From positions 4,736,001-4,800,000 of the forward strand of contig OZ242351.1 of the NCBI GenBank assembly GCA_965208675.1: a stretch of DNA of 64,000 nucleotides, given 5' to 3'. The position numbers were made by a program, and so were the translations under genes. Source of the DNA: Candidatus Poribacteria bacterium. Its GTDB lineage: Bacteria > Poribacteria > WGA-4E > PCPOR2b. How positions within the stretch are numbered: the stretch's first letter is position 1; every line of letters begins with the position of its first letter. Below the pieces are notes generated by a model, which was given only the letters and a program-made list of their open reading frames with translations, had not been told where the DNA came from and made no database searches. This document shows positions 18,592 to 27,594 of this stretch, in pieces.

Positions 18592-19662
18592 ATGCCTGAA
18601 ATACGAACCGCGATTGTCGGCGTGGGGAATTGCGCTTCCTCACTGATTCAAGGGATTCAATACTACCGGGACGCACAAGAGGATGAATTCGTTCCCGGCC
18701 TCATGCATGTGAGGGTGGGCGACTACCATATCAGCGACATCAAAGTGGTGGCGGCCTTTGATGTTGATAGCAACAAGGTGGGACGCGATGTGGCTGACGC
18801 CATTTTCGTTGATCCCAACAACACGATAAAATTCTCGGACGTGCCCGCGACGGGGGTAACTGTCCAACGCGGACAGACGATGGACGGGTTCGCGAAATAC
18901 TACCGCGAGACTGTGGAGGAATCTACCGCTGACGTAGTGGATGTCGTTTCCGTGCTGCGCGAAACTCAAACGGACATTCTTATCAATTATCTTCCTGTTG
19001 GCAGCGAAGAGGCGACGAAATGGTATGTGGCTCAGGCGCTGGACGCCGGGTGCGCTGTGGTAAATTGCATGCCCGTTTTTATTGCGAGAAACGACCAGTG
19101 GCGGGCGAAGTTTGAAGCCGCGGGCTTGCCCATCGTTGGGGACGACATTAAGGCACAGTTCGGGGCGACAATTGTGCACCGGGCGTTAGCCAAACTGATG
19201 AGTGACCGCGGATTGAAAATGGATCGGACCTCCCAGTTGAACGTTGGCGGCAATATGGACTTTAAGAACATGTTGGAAAAGGAGCGTTTGGAATCCAAGC
19301 GCATCTCCAAGACGAACGCCGTGGTTTCACAATTGGACCATGACATTTCGCCGGACAACGTGCATATTGGACCCAGTGACTACATTCCTTGGTTAGCCGA
19401 TCGGAAATGGTGTTATCTATATCTGGAAGGCACAGAATTTGGGGATATTCCGGTGCGGTGTGAAGTTAAATTAGAGGTCTGGGATTCGCCAAACTCCGCA
19501 GGCATCGCCATCGACGCGATTCGGTGCTGCAAAATTGCGCAAGATCGCGGCATCGCCGGCGCACTTTATGGTCCCAGCGCATATTTCATGAAGTCGCCGC
19601 CAGTTCAGTACGCCGACACCGAAGCACGCGAGATGTTGGAAGCGTTCATTGCGGGTCGATAG
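18592..19662 (+). CDS. ino1: myo-inositol-1-phosphate synthase
   Basis: [51 protein letters not shown]; AGGAG RBS. Confidence 0.95.
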   Translation: MPEIRTAIVGVGNCASSLIQGIQYYRDAQEDEFVPGLMHVRVGDYHISDIKVVAAFDVDSNKVGRDVADAIFVDPNNTIKFSDVPATGVTVQRGQTMDGFAKYYRETVEESTADVVDVVSVLRETQTDILINYLPVGSEEATKWYVAQALDAGCAVVNCMPVFIARNDQWRAKFEAAGLPIVGDDIKAQFGATIVHRALAKLMSDRGLKMDRTSQLNVGGNMDFKNMLEKERLESKRISKTNAVVSQLDHDISPDNVHIGPSDYIPWLADRKWCYLYLEGTEFGDIPVRCEVKLEVWDSPNSAGIAIDAIRCCKIAQDRGIAGALYGPSAYFMKSPPVQYADTEAREMLEAFIAGR

Positions 19663-19691
19663 ATTTAGAAAAAGCCATTCGGCGTTTACAA

Positions 19692-19730
19692 GGGAAAGCA
19701 GGGATATCTTCTGCTTTCCCATTTTTATTT
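19692..19730 (+). terminator. Rho-independent terminator after ino1
   Basis: GGGAAAGCAG-loop-CTGCTTTCCC followed by ATTTTTATTT. Confidence 0.8.
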
Positions 19731-19832
19731 TACCGTTTAAGCGGCACCAACCGTCACGATACAGCCGTTTCCCGCCGATTGGTTTTTTTTCGAAACTGGG
19801 TCAAATTCTTTATTTAGAGATAGGAGAGAAAC

Positions 19833-20183
19833 ATGCCTCAATTCCGTGCAATTCATACCATCGAGTTAAAGCAGAATGTAGATGCCGAAGTCTTTGAAGA
19901 TTTTATGTCACGCGAATATTTGCCTGCTACGCGTTCGCTGCCGGGGTGCTTGCGGGTAGAATTTCTCAAAGGGTACAAGGGGGATTTCGTGGGGGTCGCG
20001 CCGTCAAAACATGATTATGCCTGGGTGACACTTTGGGAGAGTGTAGAAGCGAACAACGCCATCTGGTCAAGGGCCGGAACACACCACACGCCAGAGGATA
20101 TTTTGGAAGTCAACGCCAAGCTATATCACTATGCCGCAAGCTATTCCTTAGTCGGCGGGTTTACTGTCGAGGCAGCGGTTTGA
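19833..20183 (+). CDS. Small dimeric alpha-beta barrel (ABM-like) protein
   Basis: 116 aa, AGGAG RBS, 'LPGC...FLKG...Y.WVTLWES.EA' pattern. Confidence 0.65.
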   Translation: MPQFRAIHTIELKQNVDAEVFEDFMSREYLPATRSLPGCLRVEFLKGYKGDFVGVAPSKHDYAWVTLWESVEANNAIWSRAGTHHTPEDILEVNAKLYHYAASYSLVGGFTVEAAV

Positions 20184-20285
20184 TATTCAAATAATGCACG
20201 TAGACTGAATACGCCTTGTGTGATCTGAGGGGTGTTTCCACACACGCAATTCACGGGTCACGTCTCGGTTCTTACCTTCCGCTAA

Positions 20286-20706
20286 TTAGATTCGTCTCCA
20301 GACGGTGAACAACTGCATATGCTTAAGGTTTGACCGCTAAAGTGCTCGTCGGCCACTCAGGTCTAAAATCGCCTTTAGGGTCGTTGGTGAGATTGAGAAT
20401 CCGATCCGCCTTCAAATCGTAGAAATATATATCCTAGTTATCTTCGCTAAATTCACCCTTTTCTTCTCGTCCAGTGAAGGCAAAATGAGTCGCATCCGGC
20501 GACCAGACTGGTTAAGTGTCACCCTCATTCTCCAGACTGTGCGTCAACCGGCGAATCTGACTGCCATCTGGGTTCATAACATAAATCTGTCGATTGCGAC
20601 TTTCACGGTAAGAAGAAAACACAAGCTTGCCTTGTAGCATCGGTAACACATGTGTGTTGAGAAACACTACCGGGAGACAAACAACCATAACAAATTTCAT
20701 TATCAT
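20286..20706 (-). pseudogene. Decayed TolB-like PD40 protein
   Basis: LVFSSYRE..RQIYVMNPDGSQIRRLT, TAA at 20512-20514, in-frame PVWSPD..FAFT, TAG at 20434-20436, DIYFYD...NLTNDP..DFRPEWP..LAVKP, then a frameshift into QLFTVWRRI. Confidence 0.8.
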
Positions 20707-20974
20707 TTACATCTCGGCGGTAGAACGAAAAACAGGCATCGGGTCACCCAGTTGAAATGAGCGCAGGCGACCTGTTAAATTTGAAATGTAAGCTTTTTTC
20801 GATGGGACCAATGCAATTACGGACATCTGAAGATTGGCTAGTTCTGCCAGAAGACGTTATTGCAACTTAATTTAATCCATTTTAGATGAAATTAAGCGTC
20901 ACGTAAACGATTGGGGACCTTGGACACAGTAGATTACCAAACTAGATTTTTAAAATGCACTGATTTCATCCGAT

Positions 20975-22117
20975 TTATTGAGAAGTTTGTTTCAATTCGC
21001 GAAAAGGGCGTTCCGTGGCGAGTCCATAATCATAAACGGGTGTTTCTTCAGGAACGTCTAAATGAAATTGCCCGGATACATTAGTATTCAACTCACACGT
21101 GGTGGTTTGAAGTGTCGTCTTCCCGATGCGGTCTCCCTTTTTTTGCGGATCCGTTGCGAGCAATTGATGAATAGTTTCCTCAACTTTTTCAGGGAACCAA
21201 ATACCAGGTAGATATTCCCGATACTGAAGGACGCGTTCCTTAAGATAGCGCACACCCTTTTCAAAAGGAATCAGTTCGGATTCATTATGAGACTGCCATA
21301 TATTCTTCAGTTTTACCAAGCGGAACCCTCTCTCAGTGGAGATCCATAATTTAAGACTTTCAGTGTGTGGGTGCTTTACACCGACGAGGTATGCCTCTTC
21401 ACCGTTCAACATTTCTGTTTGCAGGATTTCGCTTTCATAGGTTTCAAGGACTTTCCAAAGCGGAGTCATCAGGTAACTGTTCGGTGTTGCCTTTCCGTAT
21501 GTCATCCAGAACCTCGGATCTAAGTGCGCATGTATCACACATCCCGGGCGAACCCCATGCTCGAGGCGAGGGGTATAAACCGAGAAGTATTCCTCCGTAT
21601 AGTAGATGTAGTAGCTGAGCCCCGTTACATTGTCAATCATTTTGAGATAGGAACTTTCTTCGATGGTTTCGATGCGAAAATCGTCAGAGAAGCTGATGCC
21701 GTGGGTTTTGAACCGCTGTTTGACGGCGGGCGGAAGTTCAGGTTTCCCTTTGTTGAGCCGTTTGTGGTCGGTGGACGAGATATCGACACTGAAGAGATTC
21801 GCCTTCTCTGCATAGATTTCCCATTGTCTTTCGCCATCGTAAATCTCCGTTAAGGTGGTGTCGTTTGAATAGTCCACTCTGACTTGTGCAGTTTTAAAAG
21901 TGGTGCCTTCAAATGTGTAAACGTATGCCCTTTTATCTTCTCCTCCTAGATTGTGTTCGTAAACAAACTTTCCCTTTCCCGAAGTCACCGCTGCATCAAA
22001 ATGCTTGATGCCTGCGATGAGCGTTTGTAAGTCGAAATCAGGTGCGGCAGCGGAGAGATATGGCGTTGCTGCGAATAATGTTGCCAGAAGCAGTAGAATA
22101 AAAGTTGGTTTTTTCAT
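20975..22117 (-). CDS. Secreted hypothetical protein downstream of an ECF sigma factor
   Basis: Signal peptide MKKPTFILLLLATLFAATPYLSA; GGAG RBS; LWISTERGF and GIWFP motifs reminiscent of LolA-like folds (weak). Confidence 0.8.
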   Translation of the reverse strand: MKKPTFILLLLATLFAATPYLSAAAPDFDLQTLIAGIKHFDAAVTSGKGKFVYEHNLGGEDKRAYVYTFEGTTFKTAQVRVDYSNDTTLTEIYDGERQWEIYAEKANLFSVDISSTDHKRLNKGKPELPPAVKQRFKTHGISFSDDFRIETIEESSYLKMIDNVTGLSYYIYYTEEYFSVYTPRLEHGVRPGCVIHAHLDPRFWMTYGKATPNSYLMTPLWKVLETYESEILQTEMLNGEEAYLVGVKHPHTESLKLWISTERGFRLVKLKNIWQSHNESELIPFEKGVRYLKERVLQYREYLPGIWFPEKVEETIHQLLATDPQKKGDRIGKTTLQTTTCELNTNVSGQFHLDVPEETPVYDYGLATERPFRELKQTSQ

Positions 22118-22188
22118 GTCAAACTCCTACGGTATGCAGCATTCAATGCGAGGTTGGGCATTGCCAGGGCTCCGCCTTAGATTGCGCG

Positions 22189-23469
22189 TTATCTTTCGAT
22201 GGAAACGCCGATGTGGTTTTGTACCATTAAGTCGTAAAAATCGCCTCCGGGCTGAAATTGCGAGTCATTCTGCGTATAGTGAATATATAGATTGCACAAA
22301 GTAAAGATTGCCTTTCTGAGTTCACGAGTTTCTTCGAAGGCTTGACGCCTTAGCAAATAAATTTCTTTGTCTTCCCGGGAAAATTCGGCGAACTCATCAA
22401 CCAAGTCCAGCAAGTCGAGGCGTTCTTCAAGGGCTTGATGGATTCTGTTGCGGAGCTCAACGGTATTAGCTTCAATCGCAGGCCGTGTCAACCCGATAAA
22501 ACGGTCTTCCCGAGGCTTTGAATCGGCTTCCGTCTCAAAAGTGTCCAGAGCTACCTCGCCGTCCATTTCAGATAGGAAAGTGTCTTTCGATTTCTGCAAA
22601 TCTTGCGGGTTGGTTTCTCCGAGTTGCTGGAAAAAATTTTCGATTTGTGCCATTTCCTCCGCAGAAATGTGAGGTTCATTGGCAGGTTGGGACGCGGTGA
22701 CGACTCTCTGTCGAGAAAAATCTGTTCGTGGTCTCGAGGTTGGTGCGATAATTTCTACCGTTGGGGACGAACCTGCCTTCGACAATATGAAATGGTGAGT
22801 CCCGATGAAACCGAGCCCAATGATGGCTGCTGTACCGACAGTGATTTTAGAAGCTGTTCCAATTTTCATGACCGTAAGTCCTCCTGTGCCTATCTGTTTG
22901 AATGTCATGGACGGAGTAACAAACACCCCAGTGAGCAGATGCCGCAACCGTTTGGCGAGTTTCCGCTTCGCACGCGACAGCCGAACTGAAATCGCCTTGT
23001 ATGACAATCCGTGCGTCCGAATCAGTTCCTCGTAGCTTGCACCGTCAAGATAGTAGCCTTTAACTAGCTCCTTGTCTTTTGTCGACAGCGACTCCATTGC
23101 GCTGCGAATCAGCGCCCTCTGTTCGTCGCGAATTAACTGCGCATCTAGGGAACCAGGAGCCTGAAACGAGTGTTCGCTCACTTCATTGATGGATACGATA
23201 TCGACTCTATGTCCCCGCAGTCGGTCTCGTACACAGTTTCGAGCAATCTCCGCCAACCAGCTATTGAATCGGGCTGCATTCTCAAGTTGCGGCAAACCGC
23301 GATAAGCATTGACAAAGACATCTTGCACAACCTCCTCTGCATCGTGGGAATCCTTCATGATTCCGATGACTATCGCATAGACGAAGGTGTGATATCTCCT
23401 GACTACGTCTGCAAATGCCTGTTCATCGCCATTCTGCGCACGAGAAATGATTGTTGTGTCGTCCGCCAC
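22189..23469 (-). CDS. ECF sigma-70 factor with TM anchor and C-terminal extension (copy 1)
   Basis: Sigma2 GDEQAF...DAEEVVQDVF..AY, FNSWL; sigma4 YYLDGASYEEL...ISVRLSRAKRKL; TM VGTAAIIGLGFIG. Confidence 0.9.
   Translation of the reverse strand: MADDTTIISRAQNGDEQAFADVVRRYHTFVYAIVIGIMKDSHDAEEVVQDVFVNAYRGLPQLENAARFNSWLAEIARNCVRDRLRGHRVDIVSINEVSEHSFQAPGSLDAQLIRDEQRALIRSAMESLSTKDKELVKGYYLDGASYEELIRTHGLSYKAISVRLSRAKRKLAKRLRHLLTGVFVTPSMTFKQIGTGGLTVMKIGTASKITVGTAAIIGLGFIGTHHFILSKAGSSPTVEIIAPTSRPRTDFSRQRVVTASQPANEPHISAEEMAQIENFFQQLGETNPQDLQKSKDTFLSEMDGEVALDTFETEADSKPREDRFIGLTRPAIEANTVELRNRIHQALEERLDLLDLVDEFAEFSREDKEIYLLRRQAFEETRELRKAIFTLCNLYIHYTQNDSQFQPGGDFYDLMVQNHIGVSIER
22816..23040. repeat. 225-bp near-identical block shared with 25572-25796
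   Basis: Manual alignment at offset 2756 shows about 3 mismatches. Confidence 0.9.
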
Positions 23470-23494
23470 TGTTTTCCAATTCTCCTTTGCACTT

Positions 23495-23534
23495 AACCAA
23501 GACGTAATTTTTCGGTTTTTTCTACCACTTTTTT
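23495..23534 (-). promoter_or_regulatory. Putative ECF autoregulatory promoter 1
   Basis: AAAAAAGTGGTAGAAAAA, exactly shared with 26272-26289; GGTAGA-16 nt-CGTCTT. Confidence 0.6.
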
Positions 23535-23562
23535 GCTTCCGCTTGTTAGTCCTAAGTCTGGA

Positions 23563-24894
23563 CTAATGGCGCGTTTCCAATTCGGCTGCGTGCGGGGCGC
23601 AAATCTTTTTCGTTCCCAATATGTAGAGAATGTTTTTATCTACAGTGAGACATTGCGACGTCTGGGAAAGGTTTTCAAGGAGACCCAGTCCTCTCAAGTA
23701 GTTTATTTTCGGGGAGAACTCTGAAATAAACAAGCCCCCATGTTCCATGAGGATATAGACAAAATTTGCCGAGAGTTGAAAGTCTGTTATTCGTCCTCCT
23801 TCATCTGGGGCAATTTTTACCTTTTCCATCCAATTGTCGCGGGAGATTATATAAAATTCTCCACGCTCTGTGATGACATCAGTTACATGTCCTGCCTTGG
23901 GCGGGCGTTTTACTCCCGAGTTATACTGGCACCGAATGTATTCTGGTACGACCTCCACCAAAAAAATTCGATTTCCTTCCGATGGCAAAAACCATAATTG
24001 AGGGACATCATCGTAAAGATACACCCAGCAGAGATATTGCGAGGACATTTGGGCTTTAACCACCCAGTTTACGCTGAACTCAAGTAAGTTATTCCAATCG
24101 GCAAGTTGCCTTGAAAAATCGGGCGGCAGGTCGAGTTGCCTCATATGAGGAAGGCGGTGCAAATCCACCAAAGATAAGAAGTTAATTTCTGAGGTAGGCT
24201 GAATTAATTCCGCCTTTCCACGCAAGACCCGGAACAAGAGTAAAGAGGAGGGAAAATCAACCGCGTAGGACTTAACTAATCTGGGCAGTTTAGGTTGTGA
24301 GAGATCAAACACATGCAGGTATTTGTGTGCGTCATGTGCGTAGGCGTGGTTTCCGCGTATTTCCAAATCAATGAGATGGCTACGGATATGTCCTTTTTTT
24401 CCTGCGTGAAACACCCAATTTGGTTTCAGTGGATTCTTGAGATGGAGCACATACAAGCCGTTCCGAGTTGGGAAAAAGGCATAATCATCGTAAACCGCCG
24501 CTTTGCCCGAGACCGTTTCAAGCGGGAGATTCCAAAGCAGCGTTGGCGCTGCCGGATTCATTACATCCAGCAAATGAACGCCATATGCTGTGGTTGCCAA
24601 TACGAACTGTTTCCAGACGGTTATACTGCTATAATATTCGGGTTTTGAAGGCAGATAGACTGAGGACACCCTGATAGGCTTGGTGGGGTCCGAGACATCC
24701 ACAATCTCCAAAACAGTGTTAAAATCGGCAACTGCTAACCATGCTCCAGTATCGGAAATAGGTGATTGCAGATTTGAACCGCAACTATTAACACAAACCA
24801 GAAAAAGCGGAAACATCATTAGGTGTAACAAGGAAATTGAGATGAAAATCCATGTCTCTCGCTGTTTTTCTTTCACACAACTGCTTATCATCAC
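23563..24894 (-). CDS. LVIVD-repeat membrane/lipoprotein
   Basis: LEIVDVSDPTKP, VHLLDVMNPAAP, LHVFDLSQPKLP repeats; N-terminal hydrophobic segment with Cys; start overlaps the upstream ECF stop (GTGA). Confidence 0.75.
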   Translation of the reverse strand: MMISSCVKEKQRETWIFISISLLHLMMFPLFLVCVNSCGSNLQSPISDTGAWLAVADFNTVLEIVDVSDPTKPIRVSSVYLPSKPEYYSSITVWKQFVLATTAYGVHLLDVMNPAAPTLLWNLPLETVSGKAAVYDDYAFFPTRNGLYVLHLKNPLKPNWVFHAGKKGHIRSHLIDLEIRGNHAYAHDAHKYLHVFDLSQPKLPRLVKSYAVDFPSSLLLFRVLRGKAELIQPTSEINFLSLVDLHRLPHMRQLDLPPDFSRQLADWNNLLEFSVNWVVKAQMSSQYLCWVYLYDDVPQLWFLPSEGNRIFLVEVVPEYIRCQYNSGVKRPPKAGHVTDVITERGEFYIISRDNWMEKVKIAPDEGGRITDFQLSANFVYILMEHGGLFISEFSPKINYLRGLGLLENLSQTSQCLTVDKNILYILGTKKICAPHAAELETRH

Positions 24895-26225
24895 GTATCC
24901 CCCATTAAAAACCGGATGGGTGTAATTCGCATATTAAGTATTGACCCTTCTTGTGTCACTGGAATCAACTCTATTTCCATGACTCCCTCGAAAAGAGGCA
25001 GAAGTTGTTCAAAGCCATCCATGTCCCGTGTTATTAAATAATACTTTGACAATAGGTTTGGCAATTCACTGTCAAGAGTGTCTATCCTTCGTACGGCTTG
25101 AATCTTCTGTTCATGAACTTCCGGCGTCCAGGGCACATCGGCCATGCGAATTTCCATCAGTCTTTTATACTCGTCAGTTCCGTCATAAAGCCGTTCAACT
25201 ATAGAATCAACTTCGTTCTGTCGCTCAGGGGTTAGCCCCGAATCCGACTTTGAAGTTTCCGGCTCATCATCAGAATTATCATTAGTGCCACCAGGAAAAA
25301 TTCCCTCTGCTTCTGCTATTTCTGCCAAATCTGCATCCTGTTGTGTGCCTGCTTCATCGAGTTGCGCGAAAAAATTCTCTATCTGTTCCATCTCCTCAGG
25401 GGAAATTTGGGGTTCTTCTACACGCCGGGGTGCAGTGACCGTCTTTTTACGAGTAGCATTTGTTTGGGGGGCCGAGTGGGTAGCTTCACTTGATGCTGAC
25501 GTTACAATCTCAACCAATGGGGACGAATCTTCTTTTAAGGATATAAACTGGTGAATCCCAATGAAGGCAATCCCAATGATGGCTGCTGTACCGACAGTGA
25601 TTTTAGAAGCTGTTCCAATTTTCATGACCGTAAGTCCTCCTGTGCCTATCTGTTTGAATGTCATGGACGGAGTAACAAACACCCCAGTTAGCAGATGCCG
25701 CAACCGTTTGGCGAGTTTCCGCTTCGCACGCGACAGCCGAACTGAAATCGCCTTGTATGACAATCCGTGCGTCCGTATCAGTTCGTCGTAGCTTGCGCCA
25801 TCGAGGTAATACGAACGAGCAATCTTCCTATCCTTTGGCGAGAGCGTCCCCAGTGCACCGCGAATTAGTTCCCTATGCTCTGCGATTATCAACTGCTCGG
25901 CAAGCGCGTCCGGTGTTTGGAGTTTGTGTTCGCCTACATTGTTGATGGACACGTTTTCGCTTTTTTTGTCTCGCATCCAGTTTAAGGCTCGATTTCGTGC
26001 AATTTTTGCCAGCCAAGGTTTGAATTTGGTGCGTTCTTCATACCGGGGCAAACCGCGATAGGCGTTGACGAAGACGTCCTGCACAACTTCCTCGGCGTCT
26101 TCGGGATTGCCCACAATTGCCATGACAATCGCATAAACAAAGGCGTAATGCGCCCGCAATAGGTCTGTAAACGCCTGTTCATCTCCTGCACGGGCACGGA
26201 AGATGAGGGTCTTGACATCTGTCAC
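24891..26225 (-). CDS. ECF sigma-70 factor with TM anchor and C-terminal extension (copy 2)
   Basis: GDEQAF, DAEEVVQDVF, FKPWL, sigma4 helix-turn-helix, TM VGTAAIIGIAFIG; GGAGG RBS. Confidence 0.9.
   Translation of the reverse strand: MTDVKTLIFRARAGDEQAFTDLLRAHYAFVYAIVMAIVGNPEDAEEVVQDVFVNAYRGLPRYEERTKFKPWLAKIARNRALNWMRDKKSENVSINNVGEHKLQTPDALAEQLIIAEHRELIRGALGTLSPKDRKIARSYYLDGASYDELIRTHGLSYKAISVRLSRAKRKLAKRLRHLLTGVFVTPSMTFKQIGTGGLTVMKIGTASKITVGTAAIIGIAFIGIHQFISLKEDSSPLVEIVTSASSEATHSAPQTNATRKKTVTAPRRVEEPQISPEEMEQIENFFAQLDEAGTQQDADLAEIAEAEGIFPGGTNDNSDDEPETSKSDSGLTPERQNEVDSIVERLYDGTDEYKRLMEIRMADVPWTPEVHEQKIQAVRRIDTLDSELPNLLSKYYLITRDMDGFEQLLPLFEGVMEIELIPVTQEGSILNMRITPIRFLMGDT
25572..25796. repeat. 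225-bp near-identical block shared with 22816-23040
   Basis: Partner copy of the block in ECF copy 1. Confidence 0.9.
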
Positions 26226-26249
26226 TGTTCTTCGTCCTCCACTTCACCT

Positions 26250-26289
26250 TATCAAAACACGGTTTTACGACTTTTTCTACCACTTTTTT
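26250..26289 (-). promoter_or_regulatory. Putative ECF autoregulatory promoter 2
   Basis: AAAAAAGTGGTAGAAAAA; GGTAGA-16 nt-TGTTTT. Confidence 0.6.
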
Positions 26290-26671
26290 CGATTCGGCAT
26301 GGCAGTTTTTGATAAGGCCACCGTGATGCTTCCAACACTGATGCATTCAAGGAACATTTCCTTGGGGGAGTTTCAGATTTTGGCTTGTCCAAGTATGTAT
26401 CGAATTCGCCGCGGGCAAAACCAGTGCAGGCAGAGCACGTCGTTTCAATATCATACTTCAATTTTGGGCATTGAAGACTGTTGTATCACGGCAACAAAGA
26501 GTTCGGGGTCATCAATCTGGAGAGTCGTCGCTTATACCAAACTGTGCAGTTTAAACGAAATCTTGCGCCATTTCCTACACCAACAGATGAAGCGGGTTCA
26601 TTGCGACAATCAGCTTCTTGGTCCAGCCAATTGTCGGCATGAGATTCTGCGGAGTTGCAAATCTCCCGTCT

Positions 26672-27511
26672 TTATTGCTGGGGAGTTTTAATTAAAGCCC
26701 ATAGCGACAGGAGTTTTGCCTTTGGAGCGACCGCCAATGGAACAGGAGACCACACCGGTTTGACATCAGAAGCCGGATGTTGTGTGAGATTGGTCGGATT
26801 GTCACCGTCAGCATCCATAACATAAACCTCCGATATTCCATTTCTATTTGTCGTAAAGGCGATTTTCCGCCCGTCTGGAGACCAACTTGGTACGGAGTCC
26901 GCCGAGGCGTGTCTAGTAAGCCTGTCAAAGTTTTTTCCCTTAGCACTCATAACATATATCTCATCATTCCCATCCCGGTCTGTCATAAAGGCGATTTTCC
27001 GTCCGTCCGGAGACCAGCTAGGACCCGTGTCTGTCGAGGCGTGTCTGGTAAGCCGGTCAAGGTTTTTTCCGTCAGCATCCATTGCGTAAATATCCATGTT
27101 CCTATTACGCAATGACGCGAAGGCAATTCTTCGACCATCCGGCGACCATTTGGGAACGCGGTCCACTCCCGGGTCAATAGTAAGCCGGACAAAGTTTTTG
27201 CCATTGGCGTCCATAACGTAAATGTCCGAATTGCCATTAAGACCAATTGACTCAAAAGCGATCAATTGACCATCTTTCGACCAGTCTGGGGCCGAATCCA
27301 TGGAGACCGGGTTATTCAAAATGTTTCGCACCTCGGTCCCATCATCTTTCATCAAAAAAATGTCGCGATTCACACCGTGGCTATCGCGGCTTGAAGAAAA
27401 AGCAATAACTGTTTCGAGCGACCGGGCTTGATTAACCGGAATGAGGGCAATGCCCAGTATCAAACAGTAACTGCGCAGATGCGCGATTCGGTTCTTTCGT
27501 ATGAAATTCAT
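26672..27511 (-). CDS. TolB-like PD40 beta-propeller protein
   Basis: Repeated PxWSPDGRKIAF..DRDGN.EIYVM; signal-like N-terminus; GGAGG RBS. Confidence 0.9.
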   Translation of the reverse strand: MNFIRKNRIAHLRSYCLILGIALIPVNQARSLETVIAFSSSRDSHGVNRDIFLMKDDGTEVRNILNNPVSMDSAPDWSKDGQLIAFESIGLNGNSDIYVMDANGKNFVRLTIDPGVDRVPKWSPDGRRIAFASLRNRNMDIYAMDADGKNLDRLTRHASTDTGPSWSPDGRKIAFMTDRDGNDEIYVMSAKGKNFDRLTRHASADSVPSWSPDGRKIAFTTNRNGISEVYVMDADGDNPTNLTQHPASDVKPVWSPVPLAVAPKAKLLSLWALIKTPQQ

Positions 27512-27594
27512 GAGTTGAGCCTCCTAGTTAGGATTCATTCTGAGATTAGGTTAGTTGATTTGCACACTCGGTTTCTCACCCCAATCGTGCGATG

